NCBI GenBank assembly: GCA_963777505.1
Contig: CAVZQN010000001.1
Span: 160,001-224,000, forward strand
Source: an uncultured bacterium
GTDB lineage: Bacteria; Acidobacteriota; HRBIN11; JAKEFK01
Direction of reading: 5' to 3'
DNA length: 64,000 nucleotides
In this document: one piece after another, positions 1-10,673 of the stretch
How the letters are laid out: each line of letters starts with the position of its first letter
How positions within the stretch are numbered: position 1 is the first letter of the stretch
Notes under the pieces: generated by a model
Databases searched by the model: none
Seen by the model: the letters and a program-made list of their open reading frames with translations, nothing else
Told to the model about the DNA's origin: nothing
Position numbers and translations under genes: made by a program

Positions 1-1
1 T

Positions 2-877
2 TTAAAAGCTTTTGCGGAGCAAAATATTTTCCCGCTATTGATTAAAGGGACTCCTCTCTCATATATCTATTACGCTGATTCCAGTTTGCGGCCGCGCTGC
101 GATACGGACCTGCTAATCCGAAAAAATGATCTGAATACTGTAGAAACAATCCTTGCGAAATTCGGATACTCCCGTTCCAATTCTGTTAGTGGTGATTTCA
201 TTCGGCATCAATTTCTGTATTCAAAACCAGGCCCCAATGGAATTGGTTGTGATTTAGATGTTCACTGGAAGATCAGCAATCCGATTCTCTTTGCCGACAT
301 GCTTACGTTCGACGAACTTCAATCGAAAGGAATCGGAATCCCCAGCTTAAGCGAATACGCTCGAACAGTATCACCTGTTGATTCGCTACTGCTGGCATGT
401 CTTCATCGAGTAGCGCATCACAAGAGCACCGAACGGCTGATCTGGCTCTACGATATCCATTTGATGGCAGACAGAATGACAGAAAGCGAGTTTGACGAAT
501 TCTGGAAAAGAGCCTCACAAAAAAAGCTTAAGAGTATTTGTCTGGATGGATTAATCACGGCTAAATCATGGTTCAACACGAAATTCCCGGAAGTTCAAAC
601 CGATCAACAGGGTGGTCAGAGAGTTTACGACTCGATAGAACCATCCGCACAGTATCTTCACTCAGATCTCCGAAACCTTGATTTGTTGCTGATGAATTTA
701 CGGCATCATTCAGGCTGGGACAAAATACAGTTGTTGAAAGAGAATCTATTCCCCCCTGCCAGCTACATGCTGCAACACTACAACGTTTCAAAACGACTTT
801 TGCTGCCTGGGCTTTATTTGCATCGAAGCATAACCGGAGCCTGGAAGTGGTTTCAAAAACCACATCAGAAAGGGTGA
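2..877 (+). CDS. Nucleotidyltransferase family protein (NTP_transf_5-like), 5' partial
   Basis: Frame open from position 2; motifs LIKG..L...YY....LR..CDTDLL, DLDVHW, LLLACLH, RLIWLYDI typical of this uncharacterised nucleotidyltransferase family. Confidence 0.8.
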   Translation, partial: LKAFAEQNIFPLLIKGTPLSYIYYADSSLRPRCDTDLLIRKNDLNTVETILAKFGYSRSNSVSGDFIRHQFLYSKPGPNGIGCDLDVHWKISNPILFADMLTFDELQSKGIGIPSLSEYARTVSPVDSLLLACLHRVAHHKSTERLIWLYDIHLMADRMTESEFDEFWKRASQKKLKSICLDGLITAKSWFNTKFPEVQTDQQGGQRVYDSIEPSAQYLHSDLRNLDLLLMNLRHHSGWDKIQLLKENLFPPASYMLQHYNVSKRLLLPGLYLHRSITGAWKWFQKPHQKG

Positions 878-885
878 GCGAAAGA

Positions 886-1593
886 TTATTTCTCCGCTAC
901 TACAAACGCGTGTAATGCGAACCACTTGAGCAATACATTTGCATAATCCAAAAAGTGAAGCCTGATCGGAGGTCTGCCTGGAAACGGAAGATAATGGCCA
1001 ATTCCCTGCACCCGTTTTACTTTCAAACCAGCTTGTTTTGTCCAACCCAGCAACGTAGGTAAGAGGAAAAAATTATTAATCGGCTGCCCGTGTTCTTTAT
1101 ATTCACGGCCTCTTGCCTTCAGATAAATGCGGTAGAGTCCCATTGTATTCATATAGTTTGGGCAAGTTAAGATTAGTTTGCCTCCACGTCTAAGAACTCT
1201 GGCAAGTTCAGCAAGTGCCTGCTTTGGGTCAGGAACATGCTCAATAGTTTCCAGCGAAATCACTGTATCAAATGTTCCATCGGAGTGAGGCAGATTTTGT
1301 ATGTCACAGACCTCCCATTTGATTTTCAAATCGTTTTTCTGCGCAAATACTTTGCCCATGCTGATCGCGGTCCTGGAAAAATCTGCAGCGGTAATAGAGA
1401 AAGGCTGAAAATTTTGACGTGCAAGCCAGCAAGAAAACCCACCTCTGCCGCAAGCAATCTCCAACACATTTTTTTCGCCCGTGACATTTTCATTTTTCAT
1501 GAAACCCTTCACAAGTTGATGCCACGGTGCATTTGTATCTTCATCTATTGCAAGAGAGGAATGCCATTCCTCGTACTCTGCGCGAACATTCAT
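886..1593 (-). CDS. Class I SAM-dependent methyltransferase
   Basis: VLEIACGRG motif I, DFS, FDTVISLETIEH, ARVLRRGGKL. Confidence 0.9.
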   Translation of the reverse strand: MNVRAEYEEWHSSLAIDEDTNAPWHQLVKGFMKNENVTGEKNVLEIACGRGGFSCWLARQNFQPFSITAADFSRTAISMGKVFAQKNDLKIKWEVCDIQNLPHSDGTFDTVISLETIEHVPDPKQALAELARVLRRGGKLILTCPNYMNTMGLYRIYLKARGREYKEHGQPINNFFLLPTLLGWTKQAGLKVKRVQGIGHYLPFPGRPPIRLHFLDYANVLLKWFALHAFVVAEK

Positions 1594-1915
1594 ACGCTTT
1601 CCAAATTAACCGTCATTCTCGCATAGTTAACCAGCGATTTTTCAAAAATACGAATCCTGTTTTCGCCTTCAGTAAATCGATTCTGTGTTATGATAGATTC
1701 AGTTGTAAGTGGTTCAAATCAAGCAACTTACTAGCAAAATATCCTGTAAGTGAGGGGGCGGAGCTCTGAATTTTGGGGTAAGAGCCAGACTTGGTGTAGG
1801 TTCCTGGCTTCGTTCGTAGGGATGTTACGATCGATCAGTCTCTTTCAAGCTTCTGGAAAGAAGAGAAAATGAGACGGTTTTTGGATACGAAAACCTATTT
1901 CAGATTTCTCTTGTA

Positions 1916-3340
1916 TTGATCTTTCTCCTCAATTTTTTCCTCCTCTACCCTCCCACCTACGCGATTTCAGACGAAGCGATTTATTTTGCAATGGCTCATG
2001 TAATCAGCGACGGTGAATTGTTCCCTGACGAAACTGATTATTTTGTTCCCAACACACTGCAAGGAGCCGGGCATCGTCTTAGCTATCCGCCTTTAGGTTG
2101 GCCTGTCCTTCTTTCACCGCTGCACATATTTGGCTGGAAATCCTTTTTCCTTTTACCTCTAGTCCTTCACCTCATTGGATATTACTACTTCAGAAAGATT
2201 CTGCTCCAATTGGAAATCGATTCGGCTTTTTCTTTTCTTTACCTGCTTTACCCAACGTTTGTTTTTCACAGCAGAACCTTAATGGCCGATCTTCCGGCTG
2301 CCGTATTCTTCTTGATCGGGTTTTATTACTCAATTCAGAATCAAAAGTGGGAGTTGTTACTTGCAGGCATCTGTTTTGGAATAAGCCTGTGGATTCGTTA
2401 CGCCTCGGTTGTGGTCATAATAGCTTTGGTTGCAACACTTGTTTTTCGCGATTGGAAAAACAACGAATCTGTCAAAAACCATCGAATCATTCCTTTGTTA
2501 TGTGGATTTGCTCCATTCGTTCTATTATTGGCGGCTTATCATTCTCTTGCGCTGGGAAGTCCATTTGTTACTGGATATCACAGGATTGGCATTCCGGTTG
2601 CAAGCTCCTTTTCAGTTGATTATTTTCTGCAGCATTTTCCGAAATATTTCTCGATCTTAAACATCATTTATCCCTTAATGGCCATTTCATTGTTCTTTTA
2701 TAAAGGCAAGCGAAAGGCTGAACTTTACAGTTGTATTCTTCTGTTGTTGCTATTTTATTCCGCTCGCTTCTGGTTTGATTCAGGCACAAATATCATTCAA
2801 ACAGCAATTAAGAGTTTGCGTTTCCTTCTTCCGATTATTCCGTTGCTTTTACTGAGTTATATGTACTGTTTAGATACTTATGTTTTTAGCAGAATAAACA
2901 ATGGCAAGAAATGGGGGCTTGCGATTGTATGTTCAATTTGCCTGAGTGCTGTTGCATTTGGCATTCAATATAAACATCAGGAATATTTGATAAGACAAAA
3001 GCACTTTTCTGACTTAATTTACGAAAAAACTTTGGAAAATTCCTCAATAATCGCGAACATGGAAATAATCGAAATGCTTCAGACCGCATGGGGTAACCGT
3101 AAAGTTATCGAATACGATTTATCTGCGATAACAAAAGCTACAAAAGAAAGCGGAGCTAACGTTTATTTTATTACGAACAATAAAGCAGAAAGACAGGAAC
3201 TGAAAAATCAGAATTTGTACTTCCTGGCGGAACTACAAAAGCATTATTCTGTAAACGAAATTTCAAGCATTGATGATAAAGGATGGGAGTTAAGTATTTA
3301 TAAGCTTTCCGCTCACAAGACTTTTCCCTCTCAGAATTAA
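1916..3340 (+). CDS. GT-C fold (ArnT/PMT-like) multi-pass membrane glycosyltransferase
   Basis: DE dipeptide after TM1 (ISDEAIY), YPPLGWP, MADLP, many TM helices, LRFLLP; true start probably ATG 1869 hidden by a 1-nt indel. Confidence 0.7.
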   Translation: MIFLLNFFLLYPPTYAISDEAIYFAMAHVISDGELFPDETDYFVPNTLQGAGHRLSYPPLGWPVLLSPLHIFGWKSFFLLPLVLHLIGYYYFRKILLQLEIDSAFSFLYLLYPTFVFHSRTLMADLPAAVFFLIGFYYSIQNQKWELLLAGICFGISLWIRYASVVVIIALVATLVFRDWKNNESVKNHRIIPLLCGFAPFVLLLAAYHSLALGSPFVTGYHRIGIPVASSFSVDYFLQHFPKYFSILNIIYPLMAISLFFYKGKRKAELYSCILLLLLFYSARFWFDSGTNIIQTAIKSLRFLLPIIPLLLLSYMYCLDTYVFSRINNGKKWGLAIVCSICLSAVAFGIQYKHQEYLIRQKHFSDLIYEKTLENSSIIANMEIIEMLQTAWGNRKVIEYDLSAITKATKESGANVYFITNNKAERQELKNQNLYFLAELQKHYSVNEISSIDDKGWELSIYKLSAHKTFPSQN

Positions 3341-3365
3341 AGGAATTCTCGCAAAAACACCTCTC

Positions 3366-4487
3366 GTGAAAATACTTTTTGTTATTCACACGCCAAAAAA
3401 TCCTTTTACCGCCGTTTATACTCTCCACAGTCAATTACAGACTTACCTGGATGCCAGAGGTCATCAAAACTCCATGCTGGCTCCACAAGATTTTTCAACA
3501 CTAACTCGATTTCCAGCACGGTTCTTTCCTCTCTTGTATCCATTTTGGGTAGCCTGGCGGCTAAGGCAAGAACGCAGCACTTACGATCTTGCAGTCTTCC
3601 ATAGCTATAGTGGCTGGTTATTCAATCTAATGCGACGCCTTATTCCAAGTTATAGAAATATTAAAACCATCACATCGTTTCATGGATTGGAACCTCTGTA
3701 CTATGAAGCATTAAAGGAAGAGACGCGAATCAATGGTCGTTCGCTAACGCTGCGCTATTCGCTTGTCCATGGCAAATTAATGTTGTGGTTGATCCGTTTA
3801 AGTTGCCGGCTCTCTGACAGGGTCCTTTGCCTCAACTCTGAAGAGCAAACCTATATGTTGAAAAACAAATGGGTCGATAAATCCCAGATCATGATTCACT
3901 CCAATGGTGTTCCTCAACAATTCTTCATCGATCGGCAGCATCCAATTCGCGCGCGACGTTTACTTTTTGTCGGACAGTGGCAGGAAAGTAAAGGAATACG
4001 ATATCTGATTGAGGCTTTCAAAATTCTCATACGCGATTTTGATGATCTCGAACTGAATTGTGTCGGAACATTGACCGAAGATAGCAAAGTCTTGTCCAGT
4101 TTCCCGGAAGAATTGCGAAGCCGGGTGGTCAATCGTTCCAACGTATCGCACACGGAAATTTCGGATGTATATAAAGATGCTGACATCTTTGTTCTGCCTA
4201 CACTCTTCGAGGGATTCAGCATCGCCTTACTTGAGGCAATGGCTACTGGTACTCCAATTGTAACGACTCCAGCAGGCGCATCTTCAGAACTTCTGACGAA
4301 TGGAGTGAATGCGCTGGTTGTAAACAAACGTGATCCCGTTGCACTTGCGGAATCAGTACGAAGGCTAATTGAGAGTCAAGATTTGCGCCAACAAATGGGT
4401 CGTGAGGCTCAAACAACAGCATCACACTATGAACTCGGAAAGGTACATCAACGAACCCTTTCCATTCTTGAAACAACTCTTCAATGA
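3366..4487 (+). CDS. Glycosyltransferase family 4
   Basis: LFVGQW...KG and EGFSIALLEAMATG (EX7E). Confidence 0.9.
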   Translation: MKILFVIHTPKNPFTAVYTLHSQLQTYLDARGHQNSMLAPQDFSTLTRFPARFFPLLYPFWVAWRLRQERSTYDLAVFHSYSGWLFNLMRRLIPSYRNIKTITSFHGLEPLYYEALKEETRINGRSLTLRYSLVHGKLMLWLIRLSCRLSDRVLCLNSEEQTYMLKNKWVDKSQIMIHSNGVPQQFFIDRQHPIRARRLLFVGQWQESKGIRYLIEAFKILIRDFDDLELNCVGTLTEDSKVLSSFPEELRSRVVNRSNVSHTEISDVYKDADIFVLPTLFEGFSIALLEAMATGTPIVTTPAGASSELLTNGVNALVVNKRDPVALAESVRRLIESQDLRQQMGREAQTTASHYELGKVHQRTLSILETTLQ

Positions 4488-5683
4488 AGATTGTTCACAT
4501 CTCTATCGAATGTTCTTCGAATGGTGGCGTGGGTACGTACATCTGCAATCTTCTCCCTTCACTTCAATCTGCTGGTCACGAGGTCAGCATCATTCATGCG
4601 GACGCAAACTCAGATCCTTCTTTAAAAGAAGTGCAGCAATTTTATGTGAAAGACTTTGACAGCAATAAAAATGAACGATCAGCTTCACATGTCATCGAAA
4701 TTCTAAAGTCCATCAACCCTGGTATCGTTCACATTCAGGGTTGCAATAACTTTTATCTTGAATCTGAAATCAGGAAGCAATTTCATTCGATTAAGACTCT
4801 TCATGTCTACGATTTTTGTCCCAGTGGAAACAAGTTTCACCATGCTTTACAAAAAGCCTGTGTTCACCCAACTGGTGCAATGTGCGTTCCGAGAATGATT
4901 TACAAAAGATGTACTTTGTCGAAACGCCCATCTGTAATTTGGAAACACTACCGGCGCGCAGTAGAAGCGAATCAAAACAATCTTCAATACAAGAGACTGA
5001 TCGTTGCATCCGAACACGTGAAAATACAAGCTGTCGCTTCCGGGTATTCCGCTAATCAAATCGAAGTTGTTCCTTATTTCACAAAGCTTCCTCCTATAAA
5101 TTCCATGACCTCATCGGGAGAAAACAAAGTGCTTTTCACCGGAAGAATCGTTCGGGAAAAAGGGGTGAGGAAATTACTCGCCGCGTTCAAACAGTTACGT
5201 ACACCCGCGCAACTGGTAATCGCGGGTGAAGGCGCCGACCTTCCCAAATTGAAAAGCTTGAGCAAAGAATTCGGAATTGGAAATAGAGTTTGCTTTACAG
5301 GCTGGGTGAACCCCGATCAAAGAGATGAACTGTACAGAAACTCATCTCTTGTTGTTGTCCCTTCTGTTTGGCCTGAGCCGTTCGGAATTGTGGGTATCGA
5401 AGCAATGAGCTACGCAAAACCTGTCGTAGCTTTTCAAGTAGGTGGTATTTCAGAGTGGCTCGATGATGGCAAGACCGGCTTCCTGGTCGCGCCATACGAT
5501 GTAGCAGAAATGTCAAAAAGGATTGATTCACTATTGCAGCAAAAAGATCTTGCGCGCGAAATGGGAATGTTGGGACGCGCGAAAGTAGAACAACAATTTA
5601 GCGAAGCACAACACATTCACCGCTTGTCAGAAACATATAACAATGTGATCGATTCACGAAGCCTGAAACGGATCTCAATTTGA
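4484..5683 (+). CDS. Glycosyltransferase family 4
   Basis: GRIVREKG, PEPFGIVGIEAMS; Cys-rich insert in the N-domain; ATGA overlap with previous gene. Confidence 0.9.
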   Translation: MKIVHISIECSSNGGVGTYICNLLPSLQSAGHEVSIIHADANSDPSLKEVQQFYVKDFDSNKNERSASHVIEILKSINPGIVHIQGCNNFYLESEIRKQFHSIKTLHVYDFCPSGNKFHHALQKACVHPTGAMCVPRMIYKRCTLSKRPSVIWKHYRRAVEANQNNLQYKRLIVASEHVKIQAVASGYSANQIEVVPYFTKLPPINSMTSSGENKVLFTGRIVREKGVRKLLAAFKQLRTPAQLVIAGEGADLPKLKSLSKEFGIGNRVCFTGWVNPDQRDELYRNSSLVVVPSVWPEPFGIVGIEAMSYAKPVVAFQVGGISEWLDDGKTGFLVAPYDVAEMSKRIDSLLQQKDLAREMGMLGRAKVEQQFSEAQHIHRLSETYNNVIDSRSLKRISI

Positions 5684-7107
5684 CCAACTTTGTTCTTGAT
5701 CCACACCGCTGGAAACGAAACAGCATCTTCATTCTGCTGAATCAGTTTCTGGGACTAATCATTACGATTTTGATGGCACCCCTGATTGCACGCCACTTAG
5801 GACCAGCTTCGTATGGACTGATGAACTGGGTAATCGCGTATGTAACATTTTTCCAGGTTTCAACAACAATTGGTTCGGCACAAATCGGAATTAGAGAAAT
5901 ATCTCAGAATCCTGAAGAAAGTTCCGACCTCATGATTCATTTGTTTCTCTTAAATCTTTTCGGTGGGCTCATCGGTTATCTTTTGGCAATAGCATTATCG
6001 CTGCTTGTTGGATACTCCTTCTACCAGCTTCAACTCGTTCTGCTCTGGGGACTCTGTTTAGTATTGCTCCCTCTTGGAAATCTTGGTCTTTTTTTAAGCG
6101 CTTCTTTGCAATCCGAACGTCTCTTATGGCCTGCTATCGCAAGTAACACTGTCCTGATCATTGCGTACTTTGAAGCGCTGCGACGAAATGGTGATGTTCG
6201 TTTTTTTCTGCTTGCTTCCTTAGGGTCACAACTACTTCTTCAGATTTTTACTATCTTCGTTGGCCGGAAATACCTTCACCGAATCAAACGATTTGATTGG
6301 TCAAAGATGCGGATGTTTTTTTGGGAGTCGCTTCCTCTAAACCTGATGACACTTTTGATGTGCCTGGTAAATCGCGTTGACATAGTGCTTTTGGAACGAT
6401 TTTCTGGATCGCATGATGTGGGAGTTTACTCTGCTGCAGGCAGAGTAATACAAGCTTTTACATATGTACCTCAAGCTGTGGCGGCTTCACTCCTTCCGGC
6501 TCTCGCAATTGTTGGAAAGCAGAAAGATACTGGCTCCATTCAGGCCTACAGAGAATCCCGGCAGATTCTGCTTGCTCTAGGATTGTTCGTTCCAGTGATG
6601 GCTCTTTTTCGCGGCGACGCCATTATGAAATTGCTTTTTGGTGAAGCATTTAAAGAATCTGTCATTCTTTTTCAAATACTATCTTTCACCGTTCCAATGA
6701 TCTGTATTGGAATCTTACCGAGTAACCTTTTAACTGCTCAGGGAAAACAATGGCAGAATCTTAAATTCGTTTCCGCAGCTGCGATTCTTTCAACCGCAGG
6801 AAACATTCTGTTAATTCCTTATCTTGGTATGACCGGCGCTGCAATTACTTCAAATGCCGTATATTTCGTTCTCGTTTCGCTTCAGGTAAGAGCGGGACTG
6901 TCATTACTACCACAGAGTTCTACTTTCCTGAAAGATTTTTTCGTAACGCTTCCTGCTTTAAGCGTTGCCGTGCTTGTCTTCTTTTTCACAAAAGAGTGGC
7001 CTGCGATTCCTGTGCTGGCTTTAACGGCTCTTCTTTATCTGATTATGTTACGTGTTGTCGGCCTCCCTTTATCTTTAAGTCGGCGAACAGCTTTCTCTGA
7101 GCAATGA
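5680..7107 (+). CDS. wzx: Wzx-type polysaccharide flippase
   Basis: About 12-14 TM segments, IARHLGPASYG, NRVDIVLL...VGVYSAA, LIPYLGMTGAAI; position in the polysaccharide operon. Confidence 0.85.
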   Translation: MTNFVLDPHRWKRNSIFILLNQFLGLIITILMAPLIARHLGPASYGLMNWVIAYVTFFQVSTTIGSAQIGIREISQNPEESSDLMIHLFLLNLFGGLIGYLLAIALSLLVGYSFYQLQLVLLWGLCLVLLPLGNLGLFLSASLQSERLLWPAIASNTVLIIAYFEALRRNGDVRFFLLASLGSQLLLQIFTIFVGRKYLHRIKRFDWSKMRMFFWESLPLNLMTLLMCLVNRVDIVLLERFSGSHDVGVYSAAGRVIQAFTYVPQAVAASLLPALAIVGKQKDTGSIQAYRESRQILLALGLFVPVMALFRGDAIMKLLFGEAFKESVILFQILSFTVPMICIGILPSNLLTAQGKQWQNLKFVSAAAILSTAGNILLIPYLGMTGAAITSNAVYFVLVSLQVRAGLSLLPQSSTFLKDFFVTLPALSVAVLVFFFTKEWPAIPVLALTALLYLIMLRVVGLPLSLSRRTAFSEQ

Positions 7108-8201
7108 AAGTTCTCCATATTACTCCAACTTTTTTCGATGACCGGTCCTACATTGGTGGTGGCGAGCGTTATCCTTATGAGTTGGCAAAAACAATGTCGG
7201 CTCACGCTGACGTTACTTTTCTGAGTTTCGCGGATCACGCATCATCAAGCAAAGACGGCAATCTCAATGTTGAATACATACCCAGAAGCATCCTTTTCAA
7301 TAAACATCCTTTGTTTGGCAATCCGCATTCAATAAAACTGCTGAATCGCATTCGATCGGCCGATGTAATTCATTGCTATCAAGTCCACATGATTGTCACG
7401 GACATCGCAATTGTTCTTTCGAAAATGTTTGGAAAGAAAATTTTTGTTACGGACTTGGGCGGTGGCCACAAATATGCACCTTCGTCTTATTTTCCGATCT
7501 TAAAACTTCCTGACAGTTTTCTGCTGATCTCGCAGTATTCAAAGACTCTATGGCAACAACCGGATTCCGGCGCGCCGAAAAGAATTGAGGTCATTTATGG
7601 CGGAGTAGATCTTGAAAAATTTTCACCTGGTCCAGAGTGCAACAAGGAAAGGGCTCTATTTGTCGGTCGAATTTTACCCCACAAAGGAATTGATTATTTA
7701 GTTGATGCCATCAACAACCATCTATCGCTGGACGTAGTTGGAAGGGTTTATCACAAGAAATATTTTGATTTCCTTAAAGAAAAGAGCAAAGACAAGGACG
7801 TTCATTTTGAAACTAATGTCAACGATGAAGAGCTTGTCAAAAAATATCGCAGCGCTCAGGTGACTGTTCTCCCGTCTGTTTACACAAGTTGCTACGGTAA
7901 CACAACTATCATTCCGGAATTACTTGGGCTTGTCGTACTCGAATCCATGGCGTGTGGCACCCCAGTTATTGTTACGGATGTAGCTGCATTGCCGGAGTTT
8001 GTAGAAAACGGTGTAACTGGTTTTATCGTTCCACCAAATAACCCAAAAGCCATCGAAGAAAAGCTGGATTATCTAAGAACAAATCCTGAGATGGCAATTG
8101 AAATGGGAATGCGTGCAAGGGAAAGCGTGAAAACAAAATTTACATGGAATGCTGTCGCAGAAAGATGCTTGAACGCATACCGTTCCATCTTAATTAGTTA
8201 A
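7104..8201 (+). CDS. Glycosyltransferase family 4
   Basis: GGGERY, FVGRILPHKG, ELLGLVVLESMACG. Confidence 0.9.
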   Translation: MKVLHITPTFFDDRSYIGGGERYPYELAKTMSAHADVTFLSFADHASSSKDGNLNVEYIPRSILFNKHPLFGNPHSIKLLNRIRSADVIHCYQVHMIVTDIAIVLSKMFGKKIFVTDLGGGHKYAPSSYFPILKLPDSFLLISQYSKTLWQQPDSGAPKRIEVIYGGVDLEKFSPGPECNKERALFVGRILPHKGIDYLVDAINNHLSLDVVGRVYHKKYFDFLKEKSKDKDVHFETNVNDEELVKKYRSAQVTVLPSVYTSCYGNTTIIPELLGLVVLESMACGTPVIVTDVAALPEFVENGVTGFIVPPNNPKAIEEKLDYLRTNPEMAIEMGMRARESVKTKFTWNAVAERCLNAYRSILIS

Positions 8202-8211
8202 ACGCAGTAGT

Positions 8212-9348
8212 ATGAAGGTCTGCATTTTGAGTGGCGCTCCATTGAAAGCAAGTGATGGTGTTGGAGACTTTTCTTATGCTTTGGCAGAAGAACTGAAAAC
8301 AAAACATACCGTCACCCTTCTGGCGCCAAATGCAGACCAAATAAACGCAGACTTCCAGACTTATAGATTACAAGGCAGCTGGGGTTACCGTGGTTGCATG
8401 GAAACGCTTCGGCTAATTCAACGTCTAAAGCCCGATACGATTCTCGTTCAGTTTGTACCGCAGCTTTATGGATTAAAAGGAGCCAGCCCTTTTTTTTCAC
8501 TTCTCCTTAATACGCTCAAAAGAAGAGGTTATAACGTTGTCACAGTGGCTCATGAACTGAATTCTCCTTTTGGACGAACGCCAAAAACAATTTTGCTAGG
8601 GACGGCTCATCGCCTTATGCTTCGTCTCGTTGTGAATGCGAGCAGCAAGATCATCGCAACAACTCCCTTTCGTTTAAATCTTCTGCGAAAACGTTTCCAC
8701 AAAAGAGAATCCTCTTTTCATTGCATCCCGGTGAGTTCTACCATCACTCGATTTCCGGTTGATAAGCAAAAGCAGGCAGCGCTTCGCACCGAGTTAGGGC
8801 TGACTTCAGAACATTTCATTGTTGCAACTTTCGGTAACATGGCTGGAGAAGCAGTCGTATTTTTAAAAACATTTCTAACGTGGCTAGCCAATGAAAATTC
8901 TTTGGCGCGGTTCTTATTCTTAGGAAAAGAAAGTAAATCTTTGAAACAGGAATTCAAAGGCGATATTGCTCTTCATGAAAGGATTTTCGCTACCGGGCAA
9001 ATTAGTGAAGAGCAAATTTCTCAATCCTTGTCTATTAGCGATTTATATGTGGTCTTTTATCCGGACGGAGCGTCAACCCGAAGAACGTCTCTTATGGCCG
9101 GACTTGCACATGGTATGGCCACCGTTTCAAATTCCGGAATTCTTACAGATGCAGATCTCGCATCATCGCAAGCTGTTTATTTGATCAGAGATTTTAGTGA
9201 AAAAGAATTCACTGCACTCAAGGAATCACTTAAAGACAAGAAATGGCTGGAAAATATGCGCCACCAAGCCTTTCAGTATTTCGAGAAGAATTTATCCTGG
9301 CCTAAAATCTCAGCTGATTATTGTCATCTGTTGAAGGGCTCAACATAA
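8212..9348 (+). CDS. GT4-like glycosyltransferase (divergent, lacks EX7E)
   Basis: DGVGDFS N-terminus, TVAHE, YPDGASTRRTSLMAGLAHG. Confidence 0.75.
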   Translation: MKVCILSGAPLKASDGVGDFSYALAEELKTKHTVTLLAPNADQINADFQTYRLQGSWGYRGCMETLRLIQRLKPDTILVQFVPQLYGLKGASPFFSLLLNTLKRRGYNVVTVAHELNSPFGRTPKTILLGTAHRLMLRLVVNASSKIIATTPFRLNLLRKRFHKRESSFHCIPVSSTITRFPVDKQKQAALRTELGLTSEHFIVATFGNMAGEAVVFLKTFLTWLANENSLARFLFLGKESKSLKQEFKGDIALHERIFATGQISEEQISQSLSISDLYVVFYPDGASTRRTSLMAGLAHGMATVSNSGILTDADLASSQAVYLIRDFSEKEFTALKESLKDKKWLENMRHQAFQYFEKNLSWPKISADYCHLLKGST

Positions 9349-10673
9349 TGAATCGTTTGGCGCGCCTGTCGGTTTACTTCATCCTGACTTATACCTGTGT
9401 TGAAGGTTTGGTTGTCAATATTCTTTATCCTTCAAAAATGCCCTACATTTTTAAAGATTTTGTAATATTGGCTGTCTATTTGTTGTTATTGTTAACGTAT
9501 AAATCTCGTTTTTTTATACCCTCACCCCTAATGCATCCCATGGTTCCGCCCCTGCTGTTTTTTTCTCTGGTTATGTTGATTTATCTTGCGCTGCCAAGTG
9601 TGGAATTGATGGGAAAACTTGTGGCCATTAAACAGCGCCTGTTCTACATTCCACTCATTGGTATTGCTTATTTCTGGATCCGTTCCGAAGACGATATCAA
9701 AAAGTTTTTATGGCTTTTGACACTTAGTGCTGTAATTGTCTCAGTTTACGGAACGTATCAACACTTCATGGGACCGGGATCACTCAGGCAAATTGGAGCT
9801 AATTATTCGGCCGAAATATCCACTCCGGTTGCAGGCTCAGGAGATCAAGTCTACTGGCGCGTTCCAGGCACTTTCACTTCCCCGGGTCAATATGGAGCTT
9901 ATCTACTGTTTAATGGATTAATGGTCACAATATTTTTTATGTCAGGTTTAATCAAAAGGAAGTTCCGAATTTTGGGTTTGATTTCGGTTGTTACAATCTT
10001 TTGTGCACTCCTTTTTTCTGGCTCCCGAGCGCCTTTCATTTTATTGACAGCATCTTTGGCCATTCTTTTTTTAGCAGTCAGAAAAGCCGGTAAACTCTTA
10101 AAGTTTGCAGTCATCGGTTATGTACTTCTTGCATACGGTTACTCCTTTCTCGGTCCAGGAGTCAAGGATCGCTTCGCTTCAATTGCATCTTTCGAGCACA
10201 TTGAAAGATTTCAATCCACTTACTTTGGTCAGCTTTTCTTACCGAGATTAATCGAAAAACCGATGGGTACAGGGCTCGGAACCGCCACAATTGGAAGCAG
10301 ACACTTTTCCGAATTTAACGAAATAGAATTGGTCGAAAGCTATTTTGGGATCATTGCCTTCGAAACAGGAATACTTGGACTCTTTGCAGTGCTCTGGCTT
10401 GCTATTGCGATTGTACGTTTCCTTTTCCTTTCCAAACGCTTTTTTGATCGATCTCCTTCATCTTTACCTGCGCTTGGATTTGCTGTTTACGTGTTTTTCA
10501 CAATCCTCATCCTGCCAGTCAGTGGCTGTATTGACAGCGCACCCAGTAATCTCTATTTCTGGTTCTCAGTTGGAACGGTCATGAAATTGGCTGATTTGGA
10601 ACGCAGAAAAAGGAAAAACTTTCAAGCTCCAGCGGTCGTTCAAAGAAAACGAGTGACTCTGATCGCCAATTGA
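9348..10673 (+). CDS. Wzy/O-antigen ligase-like polymerase
   Basis: Multi-TM; RVPGTFTSPG, SGSRAP, PMGTGLG, ETGILG; ATG 9348 overlaps upstream TAA (ORF track start 9321). Confidence 0.75.
   Translation: MNRLARLSVYFILTYTCVEGLVVNILYPSKMPYIFKDFVILAVYLLLLLTYKSRFFIPSPLMHPMVPPLLFFSLVMLIYLALPSVELMGKLVAIKQRLFYIPLIGIAYFWIRSEDDIKKFLWLLTLSAVIVSVYGTYQHFMGPGSLRQIGANYSAEISTPVAGSGDQVYWRVPGTFTSPGQYGAYLLFNGLMVTIFFMSGLIKRKFRILGLISVVTIFCALLFSGSRAPFILLTASLAILFLAVRKAGKLLKFAVIGYVLLAYGYSFLGPGVKDRFASIASFEHIERFQSTYFGQLFLPRLIEKPMGTGLGTATIGSRHFSEFNEIELVESYFGIIAFETGILGLFAVLWLAIAIVRFLFLSKRFFDRSPSSLPALGFAVYVFFTILILPVSGCIDSAPSNLYFWFSVGTVMKLADLERRKRKNFQAPAVVQRKRVTLIAN

Noticed and set aside
1704-1731. Imperfect palindrome gtaagtggttcaaatcaagcaacttac as a dif site
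   Set aside because: Does not match the XerD arm; more like an IHF-type motif (similar to ~32349-32376), too weak to call
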